A stretch of 64,000 nt of DNA, from assembly GCA_017646015.1 (NCBI GenBank), contig JAGCNI010000019.1:27735-91734 (forward strand). The letters run 5' to 3'. Under the pieces are notes generated by a model. It saw only the letters and a list, made by a program, of their open reading frames with translations. It was not told the origin of the DNA and ran no database searches. This document shows positions 55,487-64,000 of the stretch, one piece after another (within the stretch, counting starts at the first letter, position 1; the number at the start of each line of letters is the position of its first letter). Source of the DNA: Lentisphaeria bacterium (lineage in GTDB: Bacteria; Verrucomicrobiota; Lentisphaeria; Victivallales; UBA1829). A program made the position numbers and the translations under genes.

Positions 55487-57376
55487 ATGACACCGATTTT
55501 CGGGAATGCTGTTCAGGAATATTATCTGGATCTTGTCAGAAAAAATTATTGGGATCGTAAAGCTCGTTTGGAGGCAATCCGTACTCGTGAAGACGCTGAA
55601 AAATATGTTGCAGAAGTCCGTGAAAAAGTGTTGAGTCTTTTCCCGCTTCCGCAGGAAAAAACTCCTCTGGATGCCAGAATCACCGGCAGTAAGGATATGG
55701 GGTCTTATATTATTCAGAATGTAATTTTTCACAGTCGTCCTGGTTTTCCTGTGACCAGCAACCTGTATCTGCCGAAAGCAGACGGAAAAGTTCCGGCGGT
55801 GTTGATGCTGTGCGGACATTCCGGGGATGGAAAATTGTGCGATACCTATCAGGCATGCTGCCATTCTCTTGCTATGAAAGGTTATGCCGTTCTGATCGTG
55901 GATCCTGTCAGTCAGGGGGAACGTCTTCAGTTTACCAAAGTTCCTGAATTTGCAGGCTACTGCTGTCAGGAACATAATATCATGAATAAACAGCTTCTTC
56001 TGACCGGGGATACCATTGGAGCATGGCGTGCGTGGGATGGTATCCGCGGTTTGGATTATCTGTTGAGCCGTCCGGAAGTGGATACCGCCCGTGTGGGTGT
56101 GACCGGAAACTCCGGAGGCGGAACGATGTCAACATTTGTGAATGCTTTGGAATCCCGTTTTACAATGGCGGCTCCGAGTTGTTATCTCACCACCTGGAAA
56201 CGCAACGTGGAAAATGAATTGCCTGCGGATGGTGAACAGATGCCTCCGGGAACTTTTGCAGCCGGACTTGAAATGGCAGACTTTGTGATTGCAAGAGCAC
56301 CTCGTCCGATTTTGATTATGGGACAGAAAAACGACTTTTTCGATGCCCGCGGCACTCGTGAGACCTATGAAGAAGTCAAACGTATTTATGCTCTGCTCGG
56401 CGTGGAAGATAAAGTCCGTCTGTGGATCGGTCCAACCAATCATGGATATTCTATTGAAAACCGTGAATCCATGTATTCTTTCTTCAATGAAATCGCCGGA
56501 GTGGATGCTTCCGGAAAAGAACCGGAAAATCTCCAACTCCTCGGAGAAGAACTCAACTGTACTCCGGGCGGACAGGTTTGTGATACTGATGACAACAAAT
56601 ATATCCGTGAGTTTGCAGTGGAACAGGCTGCCGCACTCCGTGCCGGACGTACCCTCAAGAGCAAAACAGAACTTGTTGCGGCATTGCGTGATGCTCTGAA
56701 AATCGATCCGGAATTTGTTCCTTATTCCCGGACTCTGCGTATTCGCTGGACACGGAATGAAAAGGCTTCTTACTTCTCTACATTCGGGCTGGAAACAGAA
56801 CAGGACCGTGTGATGAGTGTGTTGAAACTGCGTTCCAACCGGGATTACTATCATCTGCCGGAAGCGGCGGAAGCGGATCTGTATATTCCGCATCTGGATT
56901 CTCAGGATGAAATGGATCTGCTGCCGTTTGATGCTGCCGATCCGGTATTGCACTTCGGCTTGGATATCCGCGGGATCGGTGAATGTACTCCGAGCTGTTG
57001 CGATCAGCCTTTTGAACGGAATTTCTTCCGGGAATATGAATTCGATTATCATTATACTTCTCTGGGATTGATGTTCGGAAAATCTTATCTCGGCGGACGC
57101 GTGAAAGATATTCTCTGTGCGGTTGAACTCCTCTCCAAGACTGTCGGTAAAATCACTTTGACAGCCTGTAAACAGGGAGCGATCCCGGCAATGATCGCTG
57201 CTTTGCTTTCGGACAAAATCAGCAAGATCAAACTGATCGATGCACCTGAATCATGGGAATCCATGGTCATTCATCCCTGTCCGCCGGAAACAGCGATCTC
57301 GGTGATGCCTTATAACATTCTTGCATTGACAGACCTGCCTGAAATCCGTGCAGCATTGGCTGATAAGCTGGTCTGA
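55487..57376 (+). CDS. Alpha/beta hydrolase (acetyl-xylan-esterase / dienelactone-hydrolase-like)
   Basis: 629 aa. Nucleophile elbow VGVTGNSGGGT. PAVLMLCGHSGDGK precedes it. GGGAGAAG lies 8 nt upstream of the ATG. Confidence 0.7.
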   Translation: MTPIFGNAVQEYYLDLVRKNYWDRKARLEAIRTREDAEKYVAEVREKVLSLFPLPQEKTPLDARITGSKDMGSYIIQNVIFHSRPGFPVTSNLYLPKADGKVPAVLMLCGHSGDGKLCDTYQACCHSLAMKGYAVLIVDPVSQGERLQFTKVPEFAGYCCQEHNIMNKQLLLTGDTIGAWRAWDGIRGLDYLLSRPEVDTARVGVTGNSGGGTMSTFVNALESRFTMAAPSCYLTTWKRNVENELPADGEQMPPGTFAAGLEMADFVIARAPRPILIMGQKNDFFDARGTRETYEEVKRIYALLGVEDKVRLWIGPTNHGYSIENRESMYSFFNEIAGVDASGKEPENLQLLGEELNCTPGGQVCDTDDNKYIREFAVEQAAALRAGRTLKSKTELVAALRDALKIDPEFVPYSRTLRIRWTRNEKASYFSTFGLETEQDRVMSVLKLRSNRDYYHLPEAAEADLYIPHLDSQDEMDLLPFDAADPVLHFGLDIRGIGECTPSCCDQPFERNFFREYEFDYHYTSLGLMFGKSYLGGRVKDILCAVELLSKTVGKITLTACKQGAIPAMIAALLSDKISKIKLIDAPESWESMVIHPCPPETAISVMPYNILALTDLPEIRAALADKLV

Positions 57377-57398
57377 AGAAAACTTGTTAATTTTGTAG

Positions 57399-57431
57399 GG
57401 GACAATCTCTTTTGCGGGGGTGTCCCTTTTT
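57399..57431 (+). terminator. Candidate rho-independent terminator after the hydrolase gene
   Basis: Stem GGGACA (57400-57405) / TGTCCC (57421-57426) followed by T5 (57427-57431). The loop is rather large (15 nt). Confidence 0.4.
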
Positions 57432-57549
57432 CACTGAATGAAACTGCTGTCTGTTTCAATAATTTTTTGGATCTTGCATTGATCCGGATTTGAAAAATCG
57501 TGATTTCGCAGTATCTTTACCATTTTACAGAAAAAGGGAGAGTTGTTGT

Positions 57550-58194
57550 ATGGATATATCATTGAAAGTTTTGGGAAAAACATTTTTGAATGCGATCCTT
57601 GCGGGGATTTTCATCGGACTTGCGGGGACTGTGTATCTTGCGGTTCCCAATCCTGTGATGGGGGCATTCCTGTTCGGTTTCGGGCTGTTGACGATTCTCT
57701 GTTACAGTTTCAAACTTTTTACCGGAGCGATCGGCTATCTGGTAAATCAGGGAAAAGATACCTTCCGTTATTTGGTGATCCTGCTGATGATCTGGCTGGG
57801 AAATCTGGTCGGATGTTTTGCTGTTGGAAGTTTGATCCGTATGAGCCGGACATTTCCGAAGCTGCAGACCCGTGTTGCCGCTGTTTGTGCTGACAAAATG
57901 GCGGATAACTGGGGGAGTCTTTTCATTCTTGCGGTGTTCTGCGGTATCCTGATGTATCTTGCTGTGGAAACGTTCCGTCGCAAGGAACTGGATGCTGTAT
58001 TCCGTCTGCCGATGGTTTTCCTGTGTGTCTCGATCTTTATCCTGAGTGGATTTGAACACTGTATTGCCAATATGTATTATTTCTCAGTGGCAGGCTTATG
58101 GAGTCTGAAAACGTTGTGGCTGATTGTGATCATGACGTTCGGAAATGCCTGCGGAGGAATGTTCCTGCCGGCAGTGGATAAGATCCGTCAGTGA
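57550..58194 (+). CDS. Formate/nitrite transporter (FNT) family channel
   Basis: I prefer ATG 57550 (MDISLKVLGKTFLNAILAGIFIGLAG...), behind GGGAGAG. FILSGFEHCIANMYYF is the FNT signature. Confidence 0.8.
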   Translation: MDISLKVLGKTFLNAILAGIFIGLAGTVYLAVPNPVMGAFLFGFGLLTILCYSFKLFTGAIGYLVNQGKDTFRYLVILLMIWLGNLVGCFAVGSLIRMSRTFPKLQTRVAAVCADKMADNWGSLFILAVFCGILMYLAVETFRRKELDAVFRLPMVFLCVSIFILSGFEHCIANMYYFSVAGLWSLKTLWLIVIMTFGNACGGMFLPAVDKIRQ

Positions 58195-58205
58195 AAGCGG
58201 ATCAT

Positions 58206-58889
58206 TCAGACACTTTTGATCATGGCGAGCAGTTTTTCTTCAAAATAATCAAACAGCTTGTGACCGTAATCCATATTCAGCAGTCGTACCCAGTCCCGTT
58301 CCCGTGAGATCGTGATTGCCGATGCATCCCGGATCAGCTTCAGAAAGATACTTTTATCCTGTGGCGCAATGGATTTTTCACCTTTGAAACAATCCAGATC
58401 AATATCCAATATAAAAGGTCTCTGAGGCAGGGGGGCACGCTCAAGATTTTTTTGCAGAAATTCTGTTTCCAGTGTAAGCGCATAATATTTTCCGAGAGTT
58501 TCAATCGTTTCATCCTTCGGCGGATCATGAATAATCGACACAGCCGGATTGACATCCCGGGCGTAATTGACATGGGAAAAGATTGCAGCCGATGCGATGA
58601 TCTGATTTTTTACAGCCAGATCAAAATGTTCATCATGCCGCAAATCCTGTAATGCCTGTTCGATGGCATTGCGGCTTTTTCTTTCAAAATATTTTTAATG
58701 TGGGGTGGAATGTGTTTCATCATAGTGCGTATATGCCGGGAGTGTATCGGTATGATGATCGAGTGTCAGCACATGGGGAGCAATTCCGAGTTTTTCTCTT
58801 TCAGCCGCCCATGGAATCAGAACATGATGATGTTCTTCCACGATATAAACCAATTTTTTCCCGACCTGTTTTTCAATCACTTCAATCAT
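58206..58889 (-). pseudogene. UPF0489-family gene interrupted by a single in-frame TAA
   Basis: ORFs 58695..59018 and 58206..58643 are in the same frame (59018-58643 = 375). They are separated only by TAA (58697-58695) and 17 further open codons (KYFERKSRNAIEQALQD). Family motifs: LVYIVEEHHHVL, LTLDHHTDTL, ILDIDLDCF. The likely true start is ATG 58889 (MIEVIEKQ...). Confidence 0.55.
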
Positions 58890-59056
58890 AAATTTCCTGC
58901 CTGTTTTGAATGATAATATAACTGTCATTTGCGGAATTGTCAATCTGTTTTTATTTTTTCCGGAGGCATGGATGACAGTGTTGCTGCGGGATTTTGCTTG
59001 TAATTTTTTCCATGGCATGCTATATTTATTTCAATCACAAAAGGAGTTTATCTATT

Positions 59057-59833
59057 ATGGCGTACAGAACATTGACAGAATTATATAATGATCCCGAATA
59101 TTTTATGATTACTGCGCATCGAGGAGCATCCTTTGAATTTCCCGAAAATACAGCTCTTGCTATGCGGAAAGCGGTTGAAGCAGGGGCGGATATGATCGAA
59201 TTTGACCTCCGGGGCACCTCCGATGATATTCCGGTTCTGCTGCATGATCAGACAATCGACCGGACAAGCAACGGTTGCGGAATGCCGGAAGATCACACGC
59301 TTGCTGAATTAAAAAAACTGAATTTTTCCTATTGGCTGCAGGGTGCACGGCGTGAAGCACCCTATGCGGATGATGTGACGATCCCGACTTTTGAGGAGAT
59401 CCTTTCCGAATTCCGTGGAAAAGCGGCAATGAATATTCAAGTCTATGCCCGTAACGATATTGTTTTGAAAGAGATATGCCGTCTGTTCAAAGCGTTTGAT
59501 ATGTACGATCATGGATATTTTACGGTGAATCCGGAGTTGATTGAGAAAGTCCGTGCGATTGATCCGGAAATCGAATTATGCTCCACCCGAGGCTGGGCAA
59601 CCCGTTCCGAGCCGGATATGCTGCGTATGGCAAAAGAGGAAGATCATTGCCGTTATGTGCAGCCGGTACGGGATTTTTCAACGGCAGAATCATACGCTCT
59701 CATCCGGGATTTGGGGATGCGTTCCAATGTCTATTTCTCTGATGATCCGGAGGAAATGATAAATCTGAAATCTCTTGGGGCTCAGGGGATCCTGACGAAT
59801 AAAATACATTTGCATTGTAAACACCGTCCCTGA
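59057..59833 (+). CDS. Glycerophosphodiester phosphodiesterase
   Basis: I prefer ATG 59057 (MAYRTLTEL...), behind AAGGAG. ITAHRGASFEFPENTALAM, MIEFDLRGTSDDIPVLLHDQTIDRTSNGCG. Confidence 0.85.
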   Translation: MAYRTLTELYNDPEYFMITAHRGASFEFPENTALAMRKAVEAGADMIEFDLRGTSDDIPVLLHDQTIDRTSNGCGMPEDHTLAELKKLNFSYWLQGARREAPYADDVTIPTFEEILSEFRGKAAMNIQVYARNDIVLKEICRLFKAFDMYDHGYFTVNPELIEKVRAIDPEIELCSTRGWATRSEPDMLRMAKEEDHCRYVQPVRDFSTAESYALIRDLGMRSNVYFSDDPEEMINLKSLGAQGILTNKIHLHCKHRP

Positions 59834-59859
59834 CTGCGGTGTGATGTTTTTTTTTCAAT

Positions 59860-59903
59860 AAAAAAGCGGCTGTATTCCATTTTTATGGTTACAGCCGCTT
59901 TTG
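59860..59903. terminator. Bidirectional rho-independent terminator
   Basis: 9-bp stem AGCGGCTGT (59865-59873) / ACAGCCGCT (59891-59899), flanked by A-run and T-run. It lies between the convergent GDPD and ABM genes. Confidence 0.75.
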
Positions 59904-59917
59904 CTGATGAACTCTTT

Positions 59918-60229
59918 TCAACAGACAGGAGAGAGGATCTTCAGGGAAGATCCAGCGCGGAGATCTTTCACATTTTCAACAAAGACTTTCATGTGGGGAG
60001 CCTGCAGATGAGCTTTCAGATGTTCCATGCTTTCCCAGCATTCAACAAAGGTGAGAACATTTTCATTCAGTGCGCCCTGAGCAGCCAGTCCGGAATCATA
60101 ATCGCCGTTCAATGTGTAGAAAATGCAGCCGTCTTCAGCGAGCACATTGGGGATATTGGCTTTTGCGATTTCAATGAATTTTTCCCGGCAGCCGGGTTTC
60201 AGTTCTGAGGATGCTACAACGTAGATCAT
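59918..60229 (-). CDS. Antibiotic-biosynthesis-monooxygenase (ABM) domain protein / putative quinol monooxygenase
   Basis: 103 aa. Ferredoxin-like dimeric alpha+beta barrel pattern: MIYVVASSELKPGCREKFIEIA...FVECWESMEHLKAHLQAPHMKVF. Confidence 0.7.
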   Translation of the reverse strand: MIYVVASSELKPGCREKFIEIAKANIPNVLAEDGCIFYTLNGDYDSGLAAQGALNENVLTFVECWESMEHLKAHLQAPHMKVFVENVKDLRAGSSLKILSPVC

Positions 60230-60312
60230 AATTTCAATCTCCTGTTTTTTTGTTTGAGTATTTCATGATTTGATTGTTATGTCAAACGGAAATTTTTTTC
60301 CCGCAAAACGTT

Positions 60313-61533
60313 TTATCCTGCTTTCCGGATCGTTCCCGGTTTGGGAAGTGTCAGCGCAAAGGCACTGTTCGCAACTGCCATCAACGCCGCCAATCCGAAC
60401 AATGCTCCGGTTCCCCAGGTTTTCCAGATCCAGCCACCGGCAAGTGCTGCCAGAATACTGATCAGATGATTGATCGAGATCCCTGTGGAAAGAGTCGCTG
60501 TGACCTCTTCTTTGCTGTCGGAAAGTTCACGCACATACACATTGGTTGCCATGGAGGTCGTACTGATCACAGCATCCAGCAGAAAGTTCAGGCAGACAAC
60601 GATATAGGCGATATTCTTGACAAACAGGGAATCCGCATACCCGTAGATCAGACAGACAAAGAACAGCACGACAGTATCGTAGATCATTACATTTTTGTAC
60701 CCGATCTTATCGGTCAGACGTCCGATCAGAGGTCCGCAGAATATATTGACCAGTGCACAGATCCCCATCAGGATCGCCATGGTCGAAGTGCTCATGCCGT
60801 AATTCAGGATCAGAACATAAGGCGCAAACGTGATAAAAACCTGTTTCCGGGCTCCGTAGAAGAGTTCCAACGCATAAAATTTATTATATTTCCGGTGAAA
60901 ATAGAGCGCCGGACGTTTCGTTTTTACATTTTCATCCCCTTTCGCCAGAATGATTGCGGCAAGACAGCATGCAAGGAGTACGAGGATCAGGCCCCAGACA
61001 ATATTATAAAGTGTGACCTGATTCATCTGCAACTGGTGCACTCCCAGATAAAAAATTCCCGCTGCAATCACACTGCCGGTGACAGTTCCCGCGTTCATTG
61101 CTCCGACGATCATACCCAATGCCGAACCAAGTTTCCCATCTTGTGCGATCCGCATGGTAATGGAACTCCGAACCGGCATCATTATATGTTCCCCGGTACT
61201 CCAGATCATGATCAGGGCTGTAATCAGAAGTTTGTCAGCGGTGAACAGCAAGCCTGCGATTCCCACCATGGCGATCAATGTCCCTATCTTCAGGATTTTC
61301 CAATCCGAAAAACGATGCATCAATGCAATGATGAAGACAAGCAGCAGCCCCGGCATTTCCCGGAAAAATTCCAATACTCCACGTTCAAATGCGTTGATCG
61401 AGCGGACATCTGCAAGATAGTTGTTCAAAACTGCAGAAAAGCATCCGAAAGCCACTCCCCATAGAAGGATACTTGTGAAAAACATCGCCGCTCCGGTATT
61501 CGGCCGGAAATTTTCGGTGAGCTTTTTGAACAT
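60313..61533 (-). CDS. MFS transporter
   Basis: 406 aa, ~12 hydrophobic helices. The loop motif GRLTDKIGYK between TM2 and TM3 is typical of the MFS. Confidence 0.8.
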   Translation of the reverse strand: MFKKLTENFRPNTGAAMFFTSILLWGVAFGCFSAVLNNYLADVRSINAFERGVLEFFREMPGLLLVFIIALMHRFSDWKILKIGTLIAMVGIAGLLFTADKLLITALIMIWSTGEHIMMPVRSSITMRIAQDGKLGSALGMIVGAMNAGTVTGSVIAAGIFYLGVHQLQMNQVTLYNIVWGLILVLLACCLAAIILAKGDENVKTKRPALYFHRKYNKFYALELFYGARKQVFITFAPYVLILNYGMSTSTMAILMGICALVNIFCGPLIGRLTDKIGYKNVMIYDTVVLFFVCLIYGYADSLFVKNIAYIVVCLNFLLDAVISTTSMATNVYVRELSDSKEEVTATLSTGISINHLISILAALAGGWIWKTWGTGALFGLAALMAVANSAFALTLPKPGTIRKAG

Positions 61534-61720
61534 CTTTCATTTCTCCTGATTTTTGATTGCTGTTGATTGATTTTTTGAAAGACGTAATATATAACTTTTT
61601 TACTTTTTTTCAAAAAAAATATTTTATATTTTTAAGATATTGCTCTTTTTTCATGGAAAACACCTTGATTTTTTCCGGATGAGGATTTATTTTGCAATAA
61701 ACTTACAAGGGAGGGAAATT

Positions 61721-63016
61721 ATGAAAAAAGATTCATGTATCGCATCAATTTACGCAAGAGAAATTCTGGATTCAAGAGGAAATCCAACCGTGGAAGCAGA
61801 AGTTCGGCTGGAAAATGGAATCAGCGGAGTCGCCTGTGTGCCTTCCGGTGCATCGACCGGAGTCAATGAAGCGTTGGAATTACGGGATGACGATAAACAC
61901 CGTTACGGCGGAAAAGGTGTTCTGAAAGCCGTTTCTCATGTGAATAAAAACATTGCTGAAGCATTGAACGGAATGGACGTGTTGGATCAGGCATCTCTCG
62001 ATAAAACAATGATCAAACTGGATGGAACTCCGGCAAAAGATCATCTCGGAGCCAATGCACTGCTGGCGGTCTCTCTTGCCGCATTGCATGCCGGTGCTGC
62101 ATTTGAAAAACAACCTTTGTACCGCTATGCCGGTGGGGTGAAAGCCTGCCGGATGCCGGTTCCTATGGTGAATATCCTCAATGGCGGAGTTCACTCGGAT
62201 GCTCCTGTGGATTTTCAGGAATTTATGATCCGTCCGATCGGTGCATCTTCTTTCTCCCATGGTTTGCAGATGACCGTGGAGGTTTTTCATACGCTCAAGG
62301 AGATCCTGAAGCTTGAAGGATATTCCACTGCTGTCGGTGATGAAGGCGGTTTCGCTCCGGAGGTCGGAAGCACCGATGAAGTGTTCCGCTTGATTCTTGC
62401 AGCAATAGAGAAAGCCGGATACAAACCGGGAACAGTTGCATCCGGCGGGGATATTTCGATTGCGATCGATTGTGCCTCCAGCGAATTTTATGATGATGTC
62501 CACGGCCTCTACTGTTACCGGAAAGAGGGCGACGGCAGAGTTTTGACTTCTTCGGAACAGGCGGATTATCTTTGCAAACTTGTGCAGCTCTATCCGATCG
62601 ACTCTATTGAAGACGGTATGTCACAAGGTGATTGGGATGGATGGCTGGAGTTGAGAAAAAAATTACCGCATACAGTTCAAATGGTCGGAGATGATCTGCT
62701 CGTGACGAATGTGAAATATATCCATAAAGCGATCTCTCTCCGTGCAGCGGATGCTCTTTTGGTCAAACCGAATCAAGTCGGGACTTTTACAGAGACCGCT
62801 GCCGCTGTGGAGATGGCGCAGGAGGCCGATTGGAAAACGATCCTCAGTCACCGTTCCGGAGAAACAGCGGATACAACTATTGCTGATTTGGCTGTCGCCT
62901 TTGCATCCGGTCAGATCAAGACCGGTTCTGTTTCACGTGCTGAACGGACTTGCAAATATAACCGTCTGCTCAAAATCGAAGAAGAATTGGGAAAATCTGC
63001 AGAATATTATCCATGA
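61721..63016 (+). CDS. eno: Enolase (phosphopyruvate hydratase)
   Basis: I prefer ATG 61721 ([28 protein letters not shown]), behind [26 protein letters not shown], and the [19 protein letters not shown] region. Confidence 0.95.
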   Translation: MKKDSCIASIYAREILDSRGNPTVEAEVRLENGISGVACVPSGASTGVNEALELRDDDKHRYGGKGVLKAVSHVNKNIAEALNGMDVLDQASLDKTMIKLDGTPAKDHLGANALLAVSLAALHAGAAFEKQPLYRYAGGVKACRMPVPMVNILNGGVHSDAPVDFQEFMIRPIGASSFSHGLQMTVEVFHTLKEILKLEGYSTAVGDEGGFAPEVGSTDEVFRLILAAIEKAGYKPGTVASGGDISIAIDCASSEFYDDVHGLYCYRKEGDGRVLTSSEQADYLCKLVQLYPIDSIEDGMSQGDWDGWLELRKKLPHTVQMVGDDLLVTNVKYIHKAISLRAADALLVKPNQVGTFTETAAAVEMAQEADWKTILSHRSGETADTTIADLAVAFASGQIKTGSVSRAERTCKYNRLLKIEEELGKSAEYYP

Positions 63017-63057
63017 ATTCGTTTTGCATCCGGGGAGTTTTGTGATATATTACCCGG

Positions 63058-64000
63058 ATGCAGAACGAACTTTACAAAGCATTGAAAAAATATTTCGGTT
63101 TCAACTCCTTTCTGGATCATCAGGAGACAGTTGTCAAGGATGTCCTGAATGGTGAGGATGTCTGTGTCGTCATGCCGACCGGAGCCGGAAAATCTCTCTG
63201 CTACCAGCTCCCGCTTCTCATGCGGCCCGGATACAGTATCATTGTTTCTCCCTTGATCTCGCTGATGAAAGATCAAGTCGATTCTTTGCGTGAACGGGGA
63301 ATCCCTGCTGCCTGTATCAATACTTCGATTTCCGCTGCCGAACAATTTTCTGCTTTGGATGATGCTGCCGCCGGAAAAATCAAATTACTCTATGTCGCCC
63401 CGGAACGTTTTCAGACAAATTCATTCCGGAATTTTCTGCATGAAAATCCCCCCGAAGCTCTGGTCGTGGATGAAGCTCACTGCATCAGCCAGTGGGGGCA
63501 TGATTTCCGTCCCTCCTATCTCCGCCTCGGTGAAATCGTGGAGCTTTTCAATATCCCCCAGGTCTGCGCTTTTACTGCCACGGCAACTCATCAGGTCCGG
63601 GAGGATATTCTCAAACAACTGCGTCGTCCTGAAATGACTCTTCATGTTGCCGGTTTCAAACGGCCTAACCTCGCTTTTTCCATTGTCCGCTGCGGCGGAA
63701 ATGAACAGAAGATCATTGCCATCCGGAAAATGCTGAAAGAAAAACGGGTCCCCACGATCATTTATACCGCAACCCGGAAAGCGGTGGATCAACTGCAGGA
63801 TGAATTCAAATGTATCGCATATCACGGCGGTATGTCCGATGAAGAACGCTCCGATGCTCAGAACCGTTTCATGAGTGAAGGATGTCCTCTGCTGGTCGCA
63901 ACCAATGCTTTCGGTATGGGTATTGACAGATCTGATGTGCGGCGTGTGATCCATTACAACATCCCCGGTTCCATCGAGGCTTATTATCAGGAAGCCGGTC
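63058..64000 (+). CDS. recQ: ATP-dependent DNA helicase RecQ, C-terminus cut by window edge
   Basis: Not in the ORF track because it runs off the right edge. Manual translation from ATG 63058 gives MQNELYKALKKYFGFNSFLDHQ..., MPTGAGKSLCYQLP (I), VVDEAHCISQWGHDFRP (II), FTATAT (III), VATNAFGMGIDRSDVRRVIHYNIPGSIEAYYQEAG. Confidence 0.9.
   Translation, partial: MQNELYKALKKYFGFNSFLDHQETVVKDVLNGEDVCVVMPTGAGKSLCYQLPLLMRPGYSIIVSPLISLMKDQVDSLRERGIPAACINTSISAAEQFSALDDAAAGKIKLLYVAPERFQTNSFRNFLHENPPEALVVDEAHCISQWGHDFRPSYLRLGEIVELFNIPQVCAFTATATHQVREDILKQLRRPEMTLHVAGFKRPNLAFSIVRCGGNEQKIIAIRKMLKEKRVPTIIYTATRKAVDQLQDEFKCIAYHGGMSDEERSDAQNRFMSEGCPLLVATNAFGMGIDRSDVRRVIHYNIPGSIEAYYQEAG

Noticed and set aside
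1-64000. Search for rRNA, tRNA, tmRNA, CRISPR arrays, IS/transposase, integrase, phage or plasmid genes.
   Set aside because: I saw no cloverleaf-like GC-rich intergenic segment, no regularly spaced direct repeats, and no transposase, integrase or recombinase motif in any ORF. All intergenic regions longer than 150 nt are AT-rich and look like promoter regions. The absence is by eye only. tRNAscan-SE, Infernal and a CRISPR finder would settle it.

Overview
This is a gene-dense 64-kb chromosomal segment of roughly 54 protein-coding genes. I recognised no rRNA, tRNA, CRISPR array, IS element or prophage. Two edge-truncated genes are missing from the ORF track, and I recovered them by manual translation: hrpA (1-2355, minus strand) and recQ (63058-64000, plus strand). 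Housekeeping anchors are hrpA, lysS, leuA, a PBP5-type carboxypeptidase, rpoN, a long-form greA-like gene, eno and recQ. The remaining genes are mostly carbohydrate and organic-acid utilisation modules with AraC or LysR regulators, plus envelope and signalling genes: a PP2C phosphatase, a Hanks kinase, GT-C+TPR membrane proteins and a DUF1559-type prepilin-like protein. Several features point to a PVC-superphylum genome, possibly like Lentisphaerota/Victivallales, but this is inference only. Those features are the prepilin-like DUF1559 protein, the ~700-aa GreA, the many xylose-isomerase-like TIM-barrel and Gfo/Idh/MocA genes, and moderate GC content. Multi-domain fusions are frequent. The best candidates for undescribed biology are: (1) a pump-less HlyD / GAF-HlyD / PqqD-M50-HlyD cassette with a trailing DUF2293 gene (5360-10400); (2) a single-polypeptide PilU-like/PilT-like tandem ATPase with a small membrane TPR partner (12183-15051); (3) a LysR-controlled Fe-S hydro-lyase + AtuA-like + DUF4387 operon (28250-32470); (4) a ~50-nt conserved intergenic element present twice (28142 and 36810), plus perfect 21-bp-phased direct repeats upstream of a second AraC gene; (5) a sigma-54-type -24/-12 match upstream of rpoN itself; (6) a UPF0489 gene interrupted by one in-frame TAA. 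All family assignments come from motifs read by eye in the translations. No database search was run.
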